Shown here: positions 8,558-18,826 of the stretch, piece after piece
How the letters are laid out: every line of letters begins with the position of its first letter
Numbering within the stretch: position 1 is the first letter of the stretch
Position numbers and translations under genes: made by a program
Source of the DNA: Rhodobacterales bacterium
GTDB taxonomy: Bacteria; Pseudomonadota; Alphaproteobacteria; Rhodobacterales; Rhodobacteraceae
NCBI GenBank assembly: GCA_025357355.1
Contig: JANXPK010000165.1
Location: forward strand, 1-41,822
Reading direction: 5' to 3'
DNA: 41,822 nt
The notes under the pieces: model-generated
Databases searched by the model: none
What the model was told of the DNA's origin: nothing
What the model saw: only the letters and a program-made list of their open reading frames with translations

Positions 8558-9679
8558 TTAGAACCAGCGCCCGACGGCAACCAGGTGGCTGGTTGCTGCG
8601 GTGCGGGTGCTGCCGCTGACAAACACGCTAAAAGTCGCCACCGTCGCGGATGGCGCGGCGTCGAGGCATAGAACCGCCAGCGAAACGGCTATGGCCGTGC
8701 CGTTGACAACCGGCGCCGCGATGAAGGCCGCGGGATAGGTCCAGGACGCGGCCGCAGAACTCGATGACAACATCACGAAGTAGCATTCCAGCGAGCCGTC
8801 CGCGAATTTGGCGTATTCGCCGGTCGCATTCGATCCGCGCTCAATGACCCCGCCGGTGGGCACACCCCCACTTTGGCTGACGGTCCCCAAAAGGCCCGAC
8901 CGCATGATCGTCGAATCCCAGGCCGACCACGCGCCGGAATTATAAGCCCGCTTGTAATAGCCGCCGTTGGTGCCCGTCGTGGTGTTGCGCCACATCCGCT
9001 GATGGATGGTGCCGTTGTCGTAAACGATGACCTCGATCACACCCTGCAACGTCGGGCCGATATCGGTCGGTCGCGTGCCGGTCGTGGTTCCGTTGAACCG
9101 GTGCCAACCCGCCGGGGCTGTGATGGAATCAATATTCGACAGCAACGTAAGCGTACCAAGATTGCCGATGCCAAAAGCCCCGCCGTTGGCATCAACCCGC
9201 AGGGCACGGCCGGTTGTCGCATCTACCGGCCCGGTCTGCGCCGCGCCCGGCAGGGGCAAGCTGAACCACGCGGTGCCGGTGCAGACCAGGATAGCCCCGG
9301 CGCCGGTCGGCAGGGCGATCGTCGCAACCCCGTCTACCGTTTCAGAGGACGCCGGGTCGACCGTAATCACCCCGGAGCCTGAATTCAAAATCGCAATCGA
9401 AAAGCCCGCCGCCGCCGTCGCAGCCGCCAAAAGGTTCAACGTCCATGTCCCCGAGGTGGCGTTGATCAAGGCACCCCTGTCCGCCGCCGCCACGGTGTAG
9501 GTCGCGGTCTTGGCAAGGTACTGGGCACCGAATGCCCCCAAGGTGGCCAGCGCGGTCGCTGCCAGACCGTCCGTGCCCAAAATCCCGGCCAGAAAACTGC
9601 GCTGGTTGCCATACGCCGCTTGCGCCAGCGTTTGCGTGCCGGCCGTCGTGAAGTCAGAGGTAGGGGGCAGTGCGGTCAT
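8558..9679 (-). CDS. Tail fibre / receptor-binding protein
   Basis: Follows the J-like gene; knob-like middle (AGWHRF...QRMW...AWSAW); C-terminal GTVSQSGGVPTGGVIERGSNATGEYAKFADG motif. Confidence 0.85.
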   Translation of the reverse strand: MTALPPTSDFTTAGTQTLAQAAYGNQRSFLAGILGTDGLAATALATLGAFGAQYLAKTATYTVAAADRGALINATSGTWTLNLLAAATAAAGFSIAILNSGSGVITVDPASSETVDGVATIALPTGAGAILVCTGTAWFSLPLPGAAQTGPVDATTGRALRVDANGGAFGIGNLGTLTLLSNIDSITAPAGWHRFNGTTTGTRPTDIGPTLQGVIEVIVYDNGTIHQRMWRNTTTGTNGGYYKRAYNSGAWSAWDSTIMRSGLLGTVSQSGGVPTGGVIERGSNATGEYAKFADGSLECYFVMLSSSSAAASWTYPAAFIAAPVVNGTAIAVSLAVLCLDAAPSATVATFSVFVSGSTRTAATSHLVAVGRWF

Positions 9680-12510
9680 AGAGGCCTCCAAAATGCTGCG
9701 CTGCCGGTGGTCCAGATCGGCACCGCGCCGTTAATGTTCCAGAACCGCCCCAGCAACGAACCCAAGGCAACGGCAATCCAGTCGCCGGATGCAATGCCGA
9801 CCGGTCGGATGCGGATCATGGTTTGGTAGGGCGACAAGATCGTTGCCGTAAAACTCGACGCCGGGGTGCTGTTGACGGGTGTCCATGTGCCCGTGTACGG
9901 CGCCGGGTCTGCGCCTTCGGCCATCTGGATGTCATAGGTATCCGCGCCCGGCACCGGCTCCCACGACAATAACACGCGCGTGGCATCGTTCGGGTCCAGC
10001 CGCGCGATGAACGGTTTCAGAACGGGGCGGGTTAGCACTGTCGGCAACGACGAAAACCGGATCGGTGGGGCAACCATCCCGGTGTCGGCGGTATGGACCG
10101 ATGGGTCATCGACAACCGCCTCGATGTCCACCAGATACTGCGATTTCGGCCTGACCGACAACACCTTCGCCAGCGCAGCCCAGGTCGAGCCGACACCAAA
10201 AGAGACATGCGTCCGCTCGTAGTCACTGCCGGTGTAAGGCGCATAATCCGGCGCAAGGCTGAACACAATTTGGTAGGCCGAGGGCCCCGCCGTGACGGTC
10301 CACGGCCCCGATAAGGTGCCGTCCTTGCGGCGCAACCCGGCGTAATAGGACCCCGTGCCGAAAGTCACAGGCTCCGTCAGCGTCAGCGTCCGCGACACGG
10401 CATCCCAGGCCACCGCCTCGGCCTGGGCACCCCAACCAGGCATGTCGTGTTGAATAGCAATCAGATCGCCAATTGAAGGGATGAACCCGTCCATTTCGGC
10501 CGAGAATTTTGTAATGCGGCGGCGATAGCGATTGCATGCCGCCAGATACAATCCCTCGCGCAAGCCCTGCGCCCGCTGCGTGATCCCGAACGGCTCTACC
10601 TTGACAGGTTTCAGCGCAGTGCTGCCCGGCAGTGTTGCCATGACGCTTTGCGCCGTCCATGTCGTTCCGTCGAAATAGCTGACCCGCACCGCGTCGGCGG
10701 AATCGTCGGTGGGCTGCAAGTAGTCGACCGAAAAGCTGCCCCGCACGATATTCCGCATTGAAAACAGTGCAACCGGCACAACCACAGCACCATCACGAAC
10801 AACCCGCAAGACGCCGCCCTGCAAGAACGGCTTTGCCCGCCCTGTCGCCGCAATCCTGGCCGCCGCGTCCCAGAACGTGCCTGGTTGGTCAAGTCTGCCG
10901 TCAAAATAATCGCCCCGCGCGGCCCAGATCGCATCCAACGCCAGCAACGCCGGCAGATCAAGTCTGGTATCCGGCAGGTTGCCGCCGTAAATCGCGTTGC
11001 GGGCGGCGTCCGCCAAAGCCCAGGCGATGGATCGGGTTGCGGTGGCGACCGACCAGCTGGTGCCGTTCCAGATCGGCAGTTTGCGGGTTGCCGTCACCCG
11101 CACCAGACGGCTCGCTTGCAGGGTCAGGTTGTTGGTCGCCTTCATCCGCATGGCAAGCAGCGTAACGGTGCCGTAGCTGGCCGGTTCCTGCAGATAGGCC
11201 CGCAGGCCCGCCCACAGAATTTCGTGCCCGACCGTGGTGGATGTGTCCTTGGTATCGGTGCGATAGGCGCGAACCTGATAGCGCCCCGCTGTTGCAAGTG
11301 TATAGCTCAGCGATTTGCGCACCGGCGTGGTGGTGTGATCGGTGATCGTCTCCGTCCCCAGCGTAAGCCAGCCGCCAATCGCCGCACCGGTATCGTCGAT
11401 CTGCCGCGCCTCGACCAAAAACGTGATGGATTTATCGGTAAGCGTCGACCCGGATGTACCGAACAAACCCCGCGACAAGATCAGATCGACCGCCAGACGG
11501 TTCGCCACCTTGCCCGACCCGCAGGCGACAAAGCCGTTCAGCCCGCCCATCACGGATCGCACATTGACGTTGCCAGAGGTGGTCAGGCTGCCCGCCGCCA
11601 CCAGTGTGAATGTGTCCGCCGTCGGCGTGGTGGCAATCGCCAGAACCGCATCGACAGCCGTGCCCGTCGTGAAATCCAGCGCCAGCGCCTGCCCCGTGGC
11701 CCGGCCATGACCGGTTTCCGTTACCGTAACCGTGGTGCCGGATTGCGCATAAGTCGCGGCCTTCATGCCCAGCAGCTCTTGCCCGCCCACCTCCGGGCTC
11801 GTCACAACGGAAGAGGGGAACAGCGTGACCTGACCGCCCGGTGCGACAATTTCGGTTGTGATTTCGGCAAAGTTGGATACATCCGTGTCATCGATCAGGA
11901 TATTTTCCACCACAAATTCGCCGGCGCCCAGACACAGCAACTGGTATAAATACTGGTCCTGCCCTGCAAATTCGGTATAAGGCTGCGCCGCAAAATCTGG
12001 CGTAAACCGCATCCGGCCGTATTGCACCGGAATGGGTTGCTCAATCCGCGCGGTGTTGCCCTGCGCCGTAAGGCTGTAGGTTGCCGATGCCTGCGGCAGC
12101 GACATGGCACCCGTCGATTTGACCGGGATCAGCGCCGAAATCAGTGCGGATCCGGCCAGGCTGATGGCAAGTGTTGTAACTTGCCCCAGCAACGTGGTGC
12201 CGACCAGCGCCGTGGTAGTTCCTAAGATGCCTGCGGCCGCCCAGGGCGCAAACGCCAGCAGTGCCAGCGACAGGATGGCCTGCAACGGGTTGCTGCCATG
12301 GCCCTCCGGCAGCACGACAAAGGCCAGGTGGTCGCCGTGCCTTACCCAACGCCGCCATTCGGCGCGCAGGATCGGGCGGCCGTTCAGGACCGCAATGACC
12401 GGGCGGCCTTGCGGGGCCAGCCGCTTGACCCGCGACGGACGACGCAACTCGCCAACCGTCCGGTCCAAGGGATCGAACGGGTTGCGGTGAATGACGATCT
12501 GCGCCCTCAT
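9676..12510 (-). CDS. Central tail tip / host specificity protein (lambda I+J-like)
   Basis: 944 aa; GNTARIEQPIPVQYGR, TRSIAWALAD and IGDLIAI motifs; FN3-like C-terminus; follows NlpC/P60. Confidence 0.88.
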   Translation of the reverse strand: MRAQIVIHRNPFDPLDRTVGELRRPSRVKRLAPQGRPVIAVLNGRPILRAEWRRWVRHGDHLAFVVLPEGHGSNPLQAILSLALLAFAPWAAAGILGTTTALVGTTLLGQVTTLAISLAGSALISALIPVKSTGAMSLPQASATYSLTAQGNTARIEQPIPVQYGRMRFTPDFAAQPYTEFAGQDQYLYQLLCLGAGEFVVENILIDDTDVSNFAEITTEIVAPGGQVTLFPSSVVTSPEVGGQELLGMKAATYAQSGTTVTVTETGHGRATGQALALDFTTGTAVDAVLAIATTPTADTFTLVAAGSLTTSGNVNVRSVMGGLNGFVACGSGKVANRLAVDLILSRGLFGTSGSTLTDKSITFLVEARQIDDTGAAIGGWLTLGTETITDHTTTPVRKSLSYTLATAGRYQVRAYRTDTKDTSTTVGHEILWAGLRAYLQEPASYGTVTLLAMRMKATNNLTLQASRLVRVTATRKLPIWNGTSWSVATATRSIAWALADAARNAIYGGNLPDTRLDLPALLALDAIWAARGDYFDGRLDQPGTFWDAAARIAATGRAKPFLQGGVLRVVRDGAVVVPVALFSMRNIVRGSFSVDYLQPTDDSADAVRVSYFDGTTWTAQSVMATLPGSTALKPVKVEPFGITQRAQGLREGLYLAACNRYRRRITKFSAEMDGFIPSIGDLIAIQHDMPGWGAQAEAVAWDAVSRTLTLTEPVTFGTGSYYAGLRRKDGTLSGPWTVTAGPSAYQIVFSLAPDYAPYTGSDYERTHVSFGVGSTWAALAKVLSVRPKSQYLVDIEAVVDDPSVHTADTGMVAPPIRFSSLPTVLTRPVLKPFIARLDPNDATRVLLSWEPVPGADTYDIQMAEGADPAPYTGTWTPVNSTPASSFTATILSPYQTMIRIRPVGIASGDWIAVALGSLLGRFWNINGAVPIWTTGSAAFWRPL

Positions 12511-12887
12511 CCCACCCACCCGTAAAAACCCACCACCCGAAACCCGACGCGTGATAATCCGTCAATCGCTGTGCAGATTGCACCCGCCCCCTCTACCGCG
12601 TGCAGCACCATACCCCCCGCCAGATAGATGCCGACATGGCAGGGCGTCGTTCCCCGGGCCATCATCACAGCATCGCCTTCACGGGGTTCATCGGTAAGGC
12701 TCCATTGGCCAAGGTCGAAATTGCGGATGGCGCGGCGCGTGTCGAAGGCCGAAACCGGATCGAAAACCACAGGGGGCACGTCCCGCGCAAACTGCGCGGC
12801 CCAAACCTTGCGGGCCAGGTTCCAGCAGTCGGTATCACCGGCAACCCACGGGGTACCAAGCCAGCGGCCCGCCCAATGGTTGATCAT
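12507..12887 (-). CDS. NlpC/P60 tail tip assembly protein (lambda K-like)
   Basis: WLGTPW...DCWNL, HVGIY and VLHA catalytic Cys/His motifs. Confidence 0.9.
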   Translation of the reverse strand: MINHWAGRWLGTPWVAGDTDCWNLARKVWAAQFARDVPPVVFDPVSAFDTRRAIRNFDLGQWSLTDEPREGDAVMMARGTTPCHVGIYLAGGMVLHAVEGAGAICTAIDGLSRVGFRVVGFYGWVG

Positions 12888-13411
12888 CAGGCCAGACCCA
12901 CAAACACTTCCGGGCTGTAGTCTTGCGCCGGAAACTTGCGGTTCAGAAGATCGGGGAATCCGGCCTGAATCGTGATCCTCAACGGCGTGGCGCTAACGGT
13001 CATAACGGTCAGCGTCATGACCGGCAGGTTTTCCGGGCCCACCGCCAACCCCGTCGAAAGATACTGGCGATAGATAATCGTGGTCGGGCTGCCGGACGTT
13101 GTGGCCAGATCGACTTGCGACAGGATCAGCCTGTCAACATTGTCGATAACAATGGCGCAGGACGGCACGGAACTGGTCGAAAGCTCCGGCAAAACAACGT
13201 CGAATGCATAGCCAGCGAAGGTGACGGTTGCGCCGGGATCACGTGGTGCAGTGGCCTCAAGTTTGGCATCCAAAGGGTCGGTGTCCCGCACAACCCGAAT
13301 AGGCGCCGACAGCGCGGCGTTCCAGATTTCCAGCGTGTGATAAACCACAATGCCACTGGGGCTGCTGGCGTAGGCTTCCTTGATGGCGGCTGACAGGGCG
13401 GCATCCGGCAT
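12887..13411 (-). CDS. Minor tail protein (DUF1833-like)
   Basis: AIKEAYAS, YHTLEI, IDNV and DLLNRKFP motifs; lies between Dit and NlpC. Confidence 0.8.
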   Translation of the reverse strand: MPDAALSAAIKEAYASSPSGIVVYHTLEIWNAALSAPIRVVRDTDPLDAKLEATAPRDPGATVTFAGYAFDVVLPELSTSSVPSCAIVIDNVDRLILSQVDLATTSGSPTTIIYRQYLSTGLAVGPENLPVMTLTVMTVSATPLRITIQAGFPDLLNRKFPAQDYSPEVFVGLA

Positions 13412-14310
13412 CAGCGCACCTTCATCTTTCCCTTGATCGACCAGTTCAGCCCTTGCAGCGGGTTCGCCGCATAGGTGCCGATAAATCGCGCCTGTTTCAA
13501 AACCATTCCGCCGCCGAAGGGCAGCGAGATTGAAAACCAACCTGAACCGCCCGCAGCCCCCGTTGCGTTGCCGGCGGCGTCGGTTGGCAGATACAGATCG
13601 TAGCCGGTGTAAAGCCGCACCTGCTGTTCGCAAATATAGACCCCGCTGACCCCGTCGCCGGTGTAGGCGGTGGCGGTGCCATCCGTTGACAGGTTAACCC
13701 GGCAGAATGGCGTCGCTACGCCGGCCCCGGTCGCACAGGTCATTTCAACCCGCCAGAAACCGCCGGTGCGATCCTTGACCGCGCGGCTGATCAAGCCCGA
13801 TTGCGCCCCAAGAACCCCGGTCGAAAGATCAATGAAGGTGTAATGGGTAACACCGGCCCAATCTGAAAAAGCCAGCCGCGCGAATCCGCGCCCCGCTGCC
13901 TTGATCGTGGTCCGCAAAACCAGCGTCGCATTTTGCGGCACGGACGGCAGGCTTTTTGTCACCGCGTGAATGACGCTTGCTGCAACCGTTTCCACAACCA
14001 GCTCGACATTCTGCAGATCGGGCCCAAACGCGGCGTTGGCAAATATCGTGGAATTGTTATTGGACCAGGTGGTTATGTCGTCAGCATCGCCTGTCAGTGA
14101 CCAGGCATCATCCCCGAACCACGCCCGAAACGCATTGAATTCAACGTCCTTCATCCGCCATTCGATATCAACCGTGTCCCGCCGCGCAAAGGTCAGGCGG
14201 CGCACGCGCTCTTCACCCACCTCCATGTCGGTGCGGATCGACTGGTCAAGGGGCGTCAACACATAGGAAGGCCATGACGCCGGCGGCAGGGTATCCGGGA
14301 AAACCCGCAT
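13411..14310 (-). CDS. Distal tail protein with an inserted beta-rich domain
   Basis: IRTDMEVG...RVRR and FRAWF N-terminus; GSGWF...ARF...W C-terminus; ~190-aa insert between them. Confidence 0.7.
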   Translation of the reverse strand: MRVFPDTLPPASWPSYVLTPLDQSIRTDMEVGEERVRRLTFARRDTVDIEWRMKDVEFNAFRAWFGDDAWSLTGDADDITTWSNNNSTIFANAAFGPDLQNVELVVETVAASVIHAVTKSLPSVPQNATLVLRTTIKAAGRGFARLAFSDWAGVTHYTFIDLSTGVLGAQSGLISRAVKDRTGGFWRVEMTCATGAGVATPFCRVNLSTDGTATAYTGDGVSGVYICEQQVRLYTGYDLYLPTDAAGNATGAAGGSGWFSISLPFGGGMVLKQARFIGTYAANPLQGLNWSIKGKMKVR

Positions 14311-16649
14311 CAGAATCCCCTCCGGTTCAGGCCAAACGTGTTGGACATGGCATCAGCGATTGACCCACCCCGTGCGATGTCGTCAACCACGGCGCCCTTT
14401 ACTTGGTCAATCACCACGTCAATGATGCTGGACCCGTTCTCATTGCGCTTGGATTGGGAAACCTTCACCCCGCCCGCATTGTTGATCACGTTCACCACCA
14501 CGCCGCCGTCTCCGCCATGCGCGGCGACACCCAGGCGGCCGCCCGGGCCTCGCGTCAGGGGCATGATCGCTTCTGACCCCGCCTCACCCATCACGCCGCG
14601 CCGCGCACCGCCCATCGCAAAGAATGTGGGTCGCTCCACGATGCTGTTGCGAAACGCGGGCAAGGGCGGCATTCCGCCCGCCGCAAAGGGCACCAGGTCC
14701 GGCACGCCGCCCTTGGCAAAGCCTAAGCCGCCCAAAATGGTGTTGAAAATGGGCGTGACGAATTTGTCAGTGAACCGCTGCGTTGCCATCTTGGCAAGGT
14801 CAGCCATGACTGATTGGGTGAATGAACCGAAGGCGTCCTTGCCTGTCGCCGTGCCGCCGACAAAGGATGCAAACGCGGATTCGAAATCGCTTGACAGGGA
14901 CTTGGACAAATCCTGCCCCGCCCGGCTCAGCCCGTCGCTCATCCCCTTGATAGCCTCGCGCCATGATGCCGAAAAGGCGGCGGCGGCCGGGGTGCCGATC
15001 GCCTCGATCTGCGGCAACAGCTCGGCCAGCGCGTTGCCCGCCTTGTCCTTGGCATCCGCGATGGCCCGGGTGCTGTCCGCCGTCGACATCAGGCCCAACG
15101 CCACCTTTTCGTTGACCCCGGCGATAGCGGTTTCCATCGCCTTCAGCGCATCGGTGCCGGCTTGGCCCAGGTCCGCAATGCCACCCCTTGCCGATGATGA
15201 ACCACCAACACCGCCAGATGACACGACAGGTAGCCTTCGCGTCACATGCCCTTGTGACAGGTTGATGTCCCCCGACGCCAATGCATCAACACCACCGGGC
15301 AGGCGCGGGGTATCCGGATTTGTGGTTCTGGCCGCATCGGCCGCCACCAAAGCATCCCAAAGCGTTCCGCGCAACAGGGCGGCCTGACTGATGGCGCCGG
15401 AAAGCCAGCCCGCGCCGGGCTGCGCATTTACCAATGCCACCAAGGCATCTTTGGCCGCGGCAAAATAGTCAGCAAGAAGTGAGGCGGCGTTGGCGGCATT
15501 ATGCACCCCGTCCGGGATTTTTGCCGTGCCGTCCGCGATTTGCTGAAGAATGTCGCCGTTGATCCTCAGCTTTGCATTTGTCAGGTCCAACTGCGCATTG
15601 TGCAGATCCCATTCTGCCGAAATTTGGGCAACGCGTTTATTGATGTCTGCTAAAGTATTCTCTTCGGCTTTCAGAAAACCCTGGGCTGCGACAAGGTCGT
15701 TTGAATCACCAGCTTTTTTGAAGGACTCGATCTGCTTCGTCCGGGCGTCGACCTGATTCTGTGCGGCCTGCTGCTCGATCAGCGCGTTGTCCTTCGTCTG
15801 TTGCGAGGTTTTGCGGGCATCCTCTGCCGCGATCTGATCCAGCTTCAAGAGGGCTTCCCGCGCGGCCGCCTCAAGCTTCACAGCCGCGATGATATCCGCA
15901 TTGCCTGAGACAACGGCCTGCACATATTCATTTTGCAGGCTTGTCGCGGCGGACAGGTCGCTCTGCAACGCTCCAAGGGTTTTGCCGAAGGCATCATTGG
16001 CCTTTGTCGCATCGACCAACGCATCGGAAGTGTTCAGCAGCACAGGCAACAAAGCCCCCAGAACCGCCACCGCACCGCCAATCACCGCGCCCCACATGCC
16101 AAAGCCGCCCAGCAGCTGCGGCAGTTGCTGGCTGGCGGCGCGCATGGCGCTGGTGCCCATGCCGACCTGCACCGCAAAGTCGCTGATTTGAAAGGCCGCG
16201 TTCTGGACCATGAAACCTGTGTTGCGGTGTTGTGTGCCCATCTGGGCAACCTGCCCTCCGGCTGTGCTCGCAACTTGCCCGACTTTCAGAAAACGCGCCT
16301 CGGCCATTGCCATGACGGCATTGGCCTCACCCTGCTTGATGACCCCGGCATCAAGGGCCGCGTTGACCATCTCCAGCGCACTCTCATAGCGCTTCGATGA
16401 TGCATATAGCGGGTCCAACCCGCCGCGCATCGCCTCATATCCCGCACGCACCCGCTCCGCCGCCGCCGCAGTGGCCCCTGCCAGTGCATCGGTCGCGGCT
16501 TGCGTCTGGCGGTAGGCGGCGGTTGCCTCCTGATTGACGGTCAGCGTGGCGTTGCCCAGACCGAACACCACCTCGATCGCCTTTTTGATCTGCGCAACAG
16601 CCTGATCGCTGTTGGCGTCGATCAGTAATTTAAGAGATTGCTCGCCCAT
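14310..16649 (-). CDS. Tail tape measure protein
   Basis: 779 aa, Ala-rich and helical; QISDFAVQV...QQLPQLL, FAKGG and GEAGSEAIMPL motifs. Confidence 0.92.
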   Translation of the reverse strand: MGEQSLKLLIDANSDQAVAQIKKAIEVVFGLGNATLTVNQEATAAYRQTQAATDALAGATAAAAERVRAGYEAMRGGLDPLYASSKRYESALEMVNAALDAGVIKQGEANAVMAMAEARFLKVGQVASTAGGQVAQMGTQHRNTGFMVQNAAFQISDFAVQVGMGTSAMRAASQQLPQLLGGFGMWGAVIGGAVAVLGALLPVLLNTSDALVDATKANDAFGKTLGALQSDLSAATSLQNEYVQAVVSGNADIIAAVKLEAAAREALLKLDQIAAEDARKTSQQTKDNALIEQQAAQNQVDARTKQIESFKKAGDSNDLVAAQGFLKAEENTLADINKRVAQISAEWDLHNAQLDLTNAKLRINGDILQQIADGTAKIPDGVHNAANAASLLADYFAAAKDALVALVNAQPGAGWLSGAISQAALLRGTLWDALVAADAARTTNPDTPRLPGGVDALASGDINLSQGHVTRRLPVVSSGGVGGSSSARGGIADLGQAGTDALKAMETAIAGVNEKVALGLMSTADSTRAIADAKDKAGNALAELLPQIEAIGTPAAAAFSASWREAIKGMSDGLSRAGQDLSKSLSSDFESAFASFVGGTATGKDAFGSFTQSVMADLAKMATQRFTDKFVTPIFNTILGGLGFAKGGVPDLVPFAAGGMPPLPAFRNSIVERPTFFAMGGARRGVMGEAGSEAIMPLTRGPGGRLGVAAHGGDGGVVVNVINNAGGVKVSQSKRNENGSSIIDVVIDQVKGAVVDDIARGGSIADAMSNTFGLNRRGF

Positions 16650-16849
16650 CAGTCCCCCCCGGAAAACTGTGCAAGGATTGCGTCAACCGGGTCAGGGCCC
16701 TTGTCGGGCTGCAACCGGTCCAGATGCTTGTCGATGTCGTCTGGCTCGCCCCACATGGCAAGGCGCGTGACCCCGATCTGCCGCGCTTCGTCTGCCCGGT
16801 CCAGCACGTCAAGCCCGCCGCACAACGCGCGGACCTGCCCCAATGTCAT
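16649..16849 (-). CDS. C-terminal part of the tail assembly chaperone (gpT-like), probably reached by -1 frameshift
   Basis: Frame is open back to the slippery heptamer at 16975-16981. Confidence 0.7.
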   Translation of the reverse strand: MTLGQVRALCGGLDVLDRADEARQIGVTRLAMWGEPDDIDKHLDRLQPDKGPDPVDAILAQFSGGD

Positions 16850-16851
16850 GT

Positions 16852-17271
16852 CTAGGACAGCCGCGAGGGCATGTCCGTTGCGTCCAAGATGGGCGAAGAC
16901 GGCGGCCCAAGTCGCTCGACTGCCGCCTGCATCTGCGCCTGCATCACCAATATCAGCGGTGTCAGGCGCCGAACGAAAAAATCGCCGTTCACCTCCACCA
17001 CGGCGGCCACAAGACGCAGAAAATCGTCCGGTGCCAGATTATCCAGCCAATCCGGTTCCGCCTTTGCGGCGATTGCCAGTGCGGCCTTCATGCCCTCGTA
17101 ATGCCCGGTAGCCGCCTCCAGAACACGCCCCGCCAGCACCAGCGGCACAACAGGCATGACGGCCTCCGAAAAGGCCGCCAGCTGCCCCATCCGCACCGGT
17201 GACAGGTCAAAATCGCGACCCGCCACCGTCACCCGTTTTGCCTGCGGGGAAAGGCTTGCCAGATCGCTCAC
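16852..17271 (-). CDS. Tail assembly chaperone (gpG-like)
   Basis: Between tail tube and tape measure; contains GAT TTT TTC (VNGDFF). Confidence 0.82.
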   Translation of the reverse strand: MSDLASLSPQAKRVTVAGRDFDLSPVRMGQLAAFSEAVMPVVPLVLAGRVLEAATGHYEGMKAALAIAAKAEPDWLDNLAPDDFLRLVAAVVEVNGDFFVRRLTPLILVMQAQMQAAVERLGPPSSPILDATDMPSRLS

Positions 17272-18224
17272 AGCGCCACGATCTTGAATTCGTCGTTGCC
17301 CGAATTCGGCAGCAGCCGCATATCAAAGCTGGTCAGGGCCCGTCCCTGATAGTCGCTGATCTGGTTGTTCAGGCGCTGCACGTTGGTCGCGAAAACCACC
17401 ACCTTGTTGCCCGCCACAGTGCCATGCGCAAAACCGATGTTCGACAGAACGTTGCCGTTCATATCCGTGCGCCACTGAACCTCGTCGGTTGTCAACAGTT
17501 CGACAATTCCGGTTCCGGTCGACTCGCGGACCGTTATGTCGATCTGCTCGCCGCCCACCAATTGCATGTGCTGGACACTATTACCCAGGTCCAGTGTCAT
17601 GCCGCGGGAAATCAGCGCCGTTCCGCCCGACAATACCCCGGCCGTGTAGGTGCAGCCAAGCTTAAAGCCGGCGGAATTGGCATCCGACACAACTTGCGGC
17701 CGTTGCCAGGCCGCAAAGTTGGGCACGATGTTCGCCAATACAGATGCGGCCACGTCAAAGCCCTTGAAGTTGAACTCCAGCATCGGGCGTTCATAGGCAG
17801 TCAAACCGACTTTCGCCGTGCCCATGCACCCGCGGGCGACATACATCACGCCGTCATTGAAGAACCGGATTGTGACGCTTTCCAACGCAGTGCTGATCGG
17901 GGTGTATTCAACCCGGTTTGACGCGGTGATGGTTTCCGCACAGGCGCAGGCCCGCATCAGCTTGCCCCACTGCGGCACCGTCCCGGCCGCACCGGAACCC
18001 GCCAGTTCGACCTTCAGGTTATATTCGGCGCGACGGACGCCAACCAGCTCTTCCGAAGCGCCTATATAGCCGCGGATCAGGTCACGGCTTTGACCTTCGC
18101 GCGGGATATTCATGGTCAGTTCTGAAACGAGGACGCAATCCGCGGCGGCCCAACCGCCGGGGTTGGTGCCATAGACGCTTTCGATCAGTACCTGTACGAT
18201 CTGATTTCGCATACGACGGGGCAT
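17268..18224 (-). CDS. Major tail (tube) protein
   Basis: 318 aa; ESVYGT, VELAGSGAAGTVPQWGKLMRAC and GNDEFKI motifs; AGGAG SD. Confidence 0.85.
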   Translation of the reverse strand: MPRRMRNQIVQVLIESVYGTNPGGWAAADCVLVSELTMNIPREGQSRDLIRGYIGASEELVGVRRAEYNLKVELAGSGAAGTVPQWGKLMRACACAETITASNRVEYTPISTALESVTIRFFNDGVMYVARGCMGTAKVGLTAYERPMLEFNFKGFDVAASVLANIVPNFAAWQRPQVVSDANSAGFKLGCTYTAGVLSGGTALISRGMTLDLGNSVQHMQLVGGEQIDITVRESTGTGIVELLTTDEVQWRTDMNGNVLSNIGFAHGTVAGNKVVVFATNVQRLNNQISDYQGRALTSFDMRLLPNSGNDEFKIVAL

Positions 18225-18227
18225 GAT

Positions 18228-18413
18228 TTACTCCTGTGCCGGGGATGAGGCGGGTGGTGCGCCGGGCGGAATTTTCGCCAATGGCGGCGGCGGCAAATCC
18301 GGCGGAGCGGCGGGCGCGGCATCGCCGCTCTTGCCATCCACGCGGCTCAATTCGCCCGTTTTGTCATCGCGCAGGTAACTGCCGCCCGCGCTCGGGTTTG
18401 GTAGGTCGATCAT
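18228..18413 (-). CDS. Small hypothetical protein preceding the tail tube
   Basis: PSAGGSYLRD motif; coupled to the upstream gene. Confidence 0.6.
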   Translation of the reverse strand: MIDLPNPSAGGSYLRDDKTGELSRVDGKSGDAAPAAPPDLPPPPLAKIPPGAPPASSPAQE

Positions 18414-18826
18414 CGCGTCAGCCTCAATTCTGTTTCGGTGGAGTAGTCTTCACGCCAGCACACGACCCCGGTGTGGAACTTGTCCAAGGTGCCGCCGACA
18501 AAGTTCATCGGGCCGTGATCGGCATCAAACTGCCAGCCCGGCAACGCCGCGCGCAGCTGTCCGGTCAGGGTGTCCAGGTCGTCGGCCTTGGATGCCAGAT
18601 CGCTGTTCTGTGCCCGGCGCAACATCACGAAAATCGAGAATGTCTGGGTGACGATCTGGCTGTGAATGCCCAGCCCGACCAACCCATCCTCCAGCGCCTC
18701 GACCTTTGACGGCGTAATCAGCGCCATGGGCAGGGCTTCCTCCGCATTCGAGGTCAGGGCATGGTCGACGGCGGCAAAGCCGGGGCATTGCGCCGCAACC
18801 CGCGCGATCAGATCAGCGGTGCGCAT
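18410..18826 (-). CDS. Tail terminator / tail completion protein
   Basis: Position; LRAALPGW motif; TAATG coupling. Confidence 0.75.
   Translation of the reverse strand: MRTADLIARVAAQCPGFAAVDHALTSNAEEALPMALITPSKVEALEDGLVGLGIHSQIVTQTFSIFVMLRRAQNSDLASKADDLDTLTGQLRAALPGWQFDADHGPMNFVGGTLDKFHTGVVCWREDYSTETELRLTR

Noticed and set aside
3935-12510. Diversity-generating retroelement or invertible fibre cassette
   Set aside because: No reverse transcriptase or invertase, no template/variable repeat pair and no flanking inverted repeats were seen.
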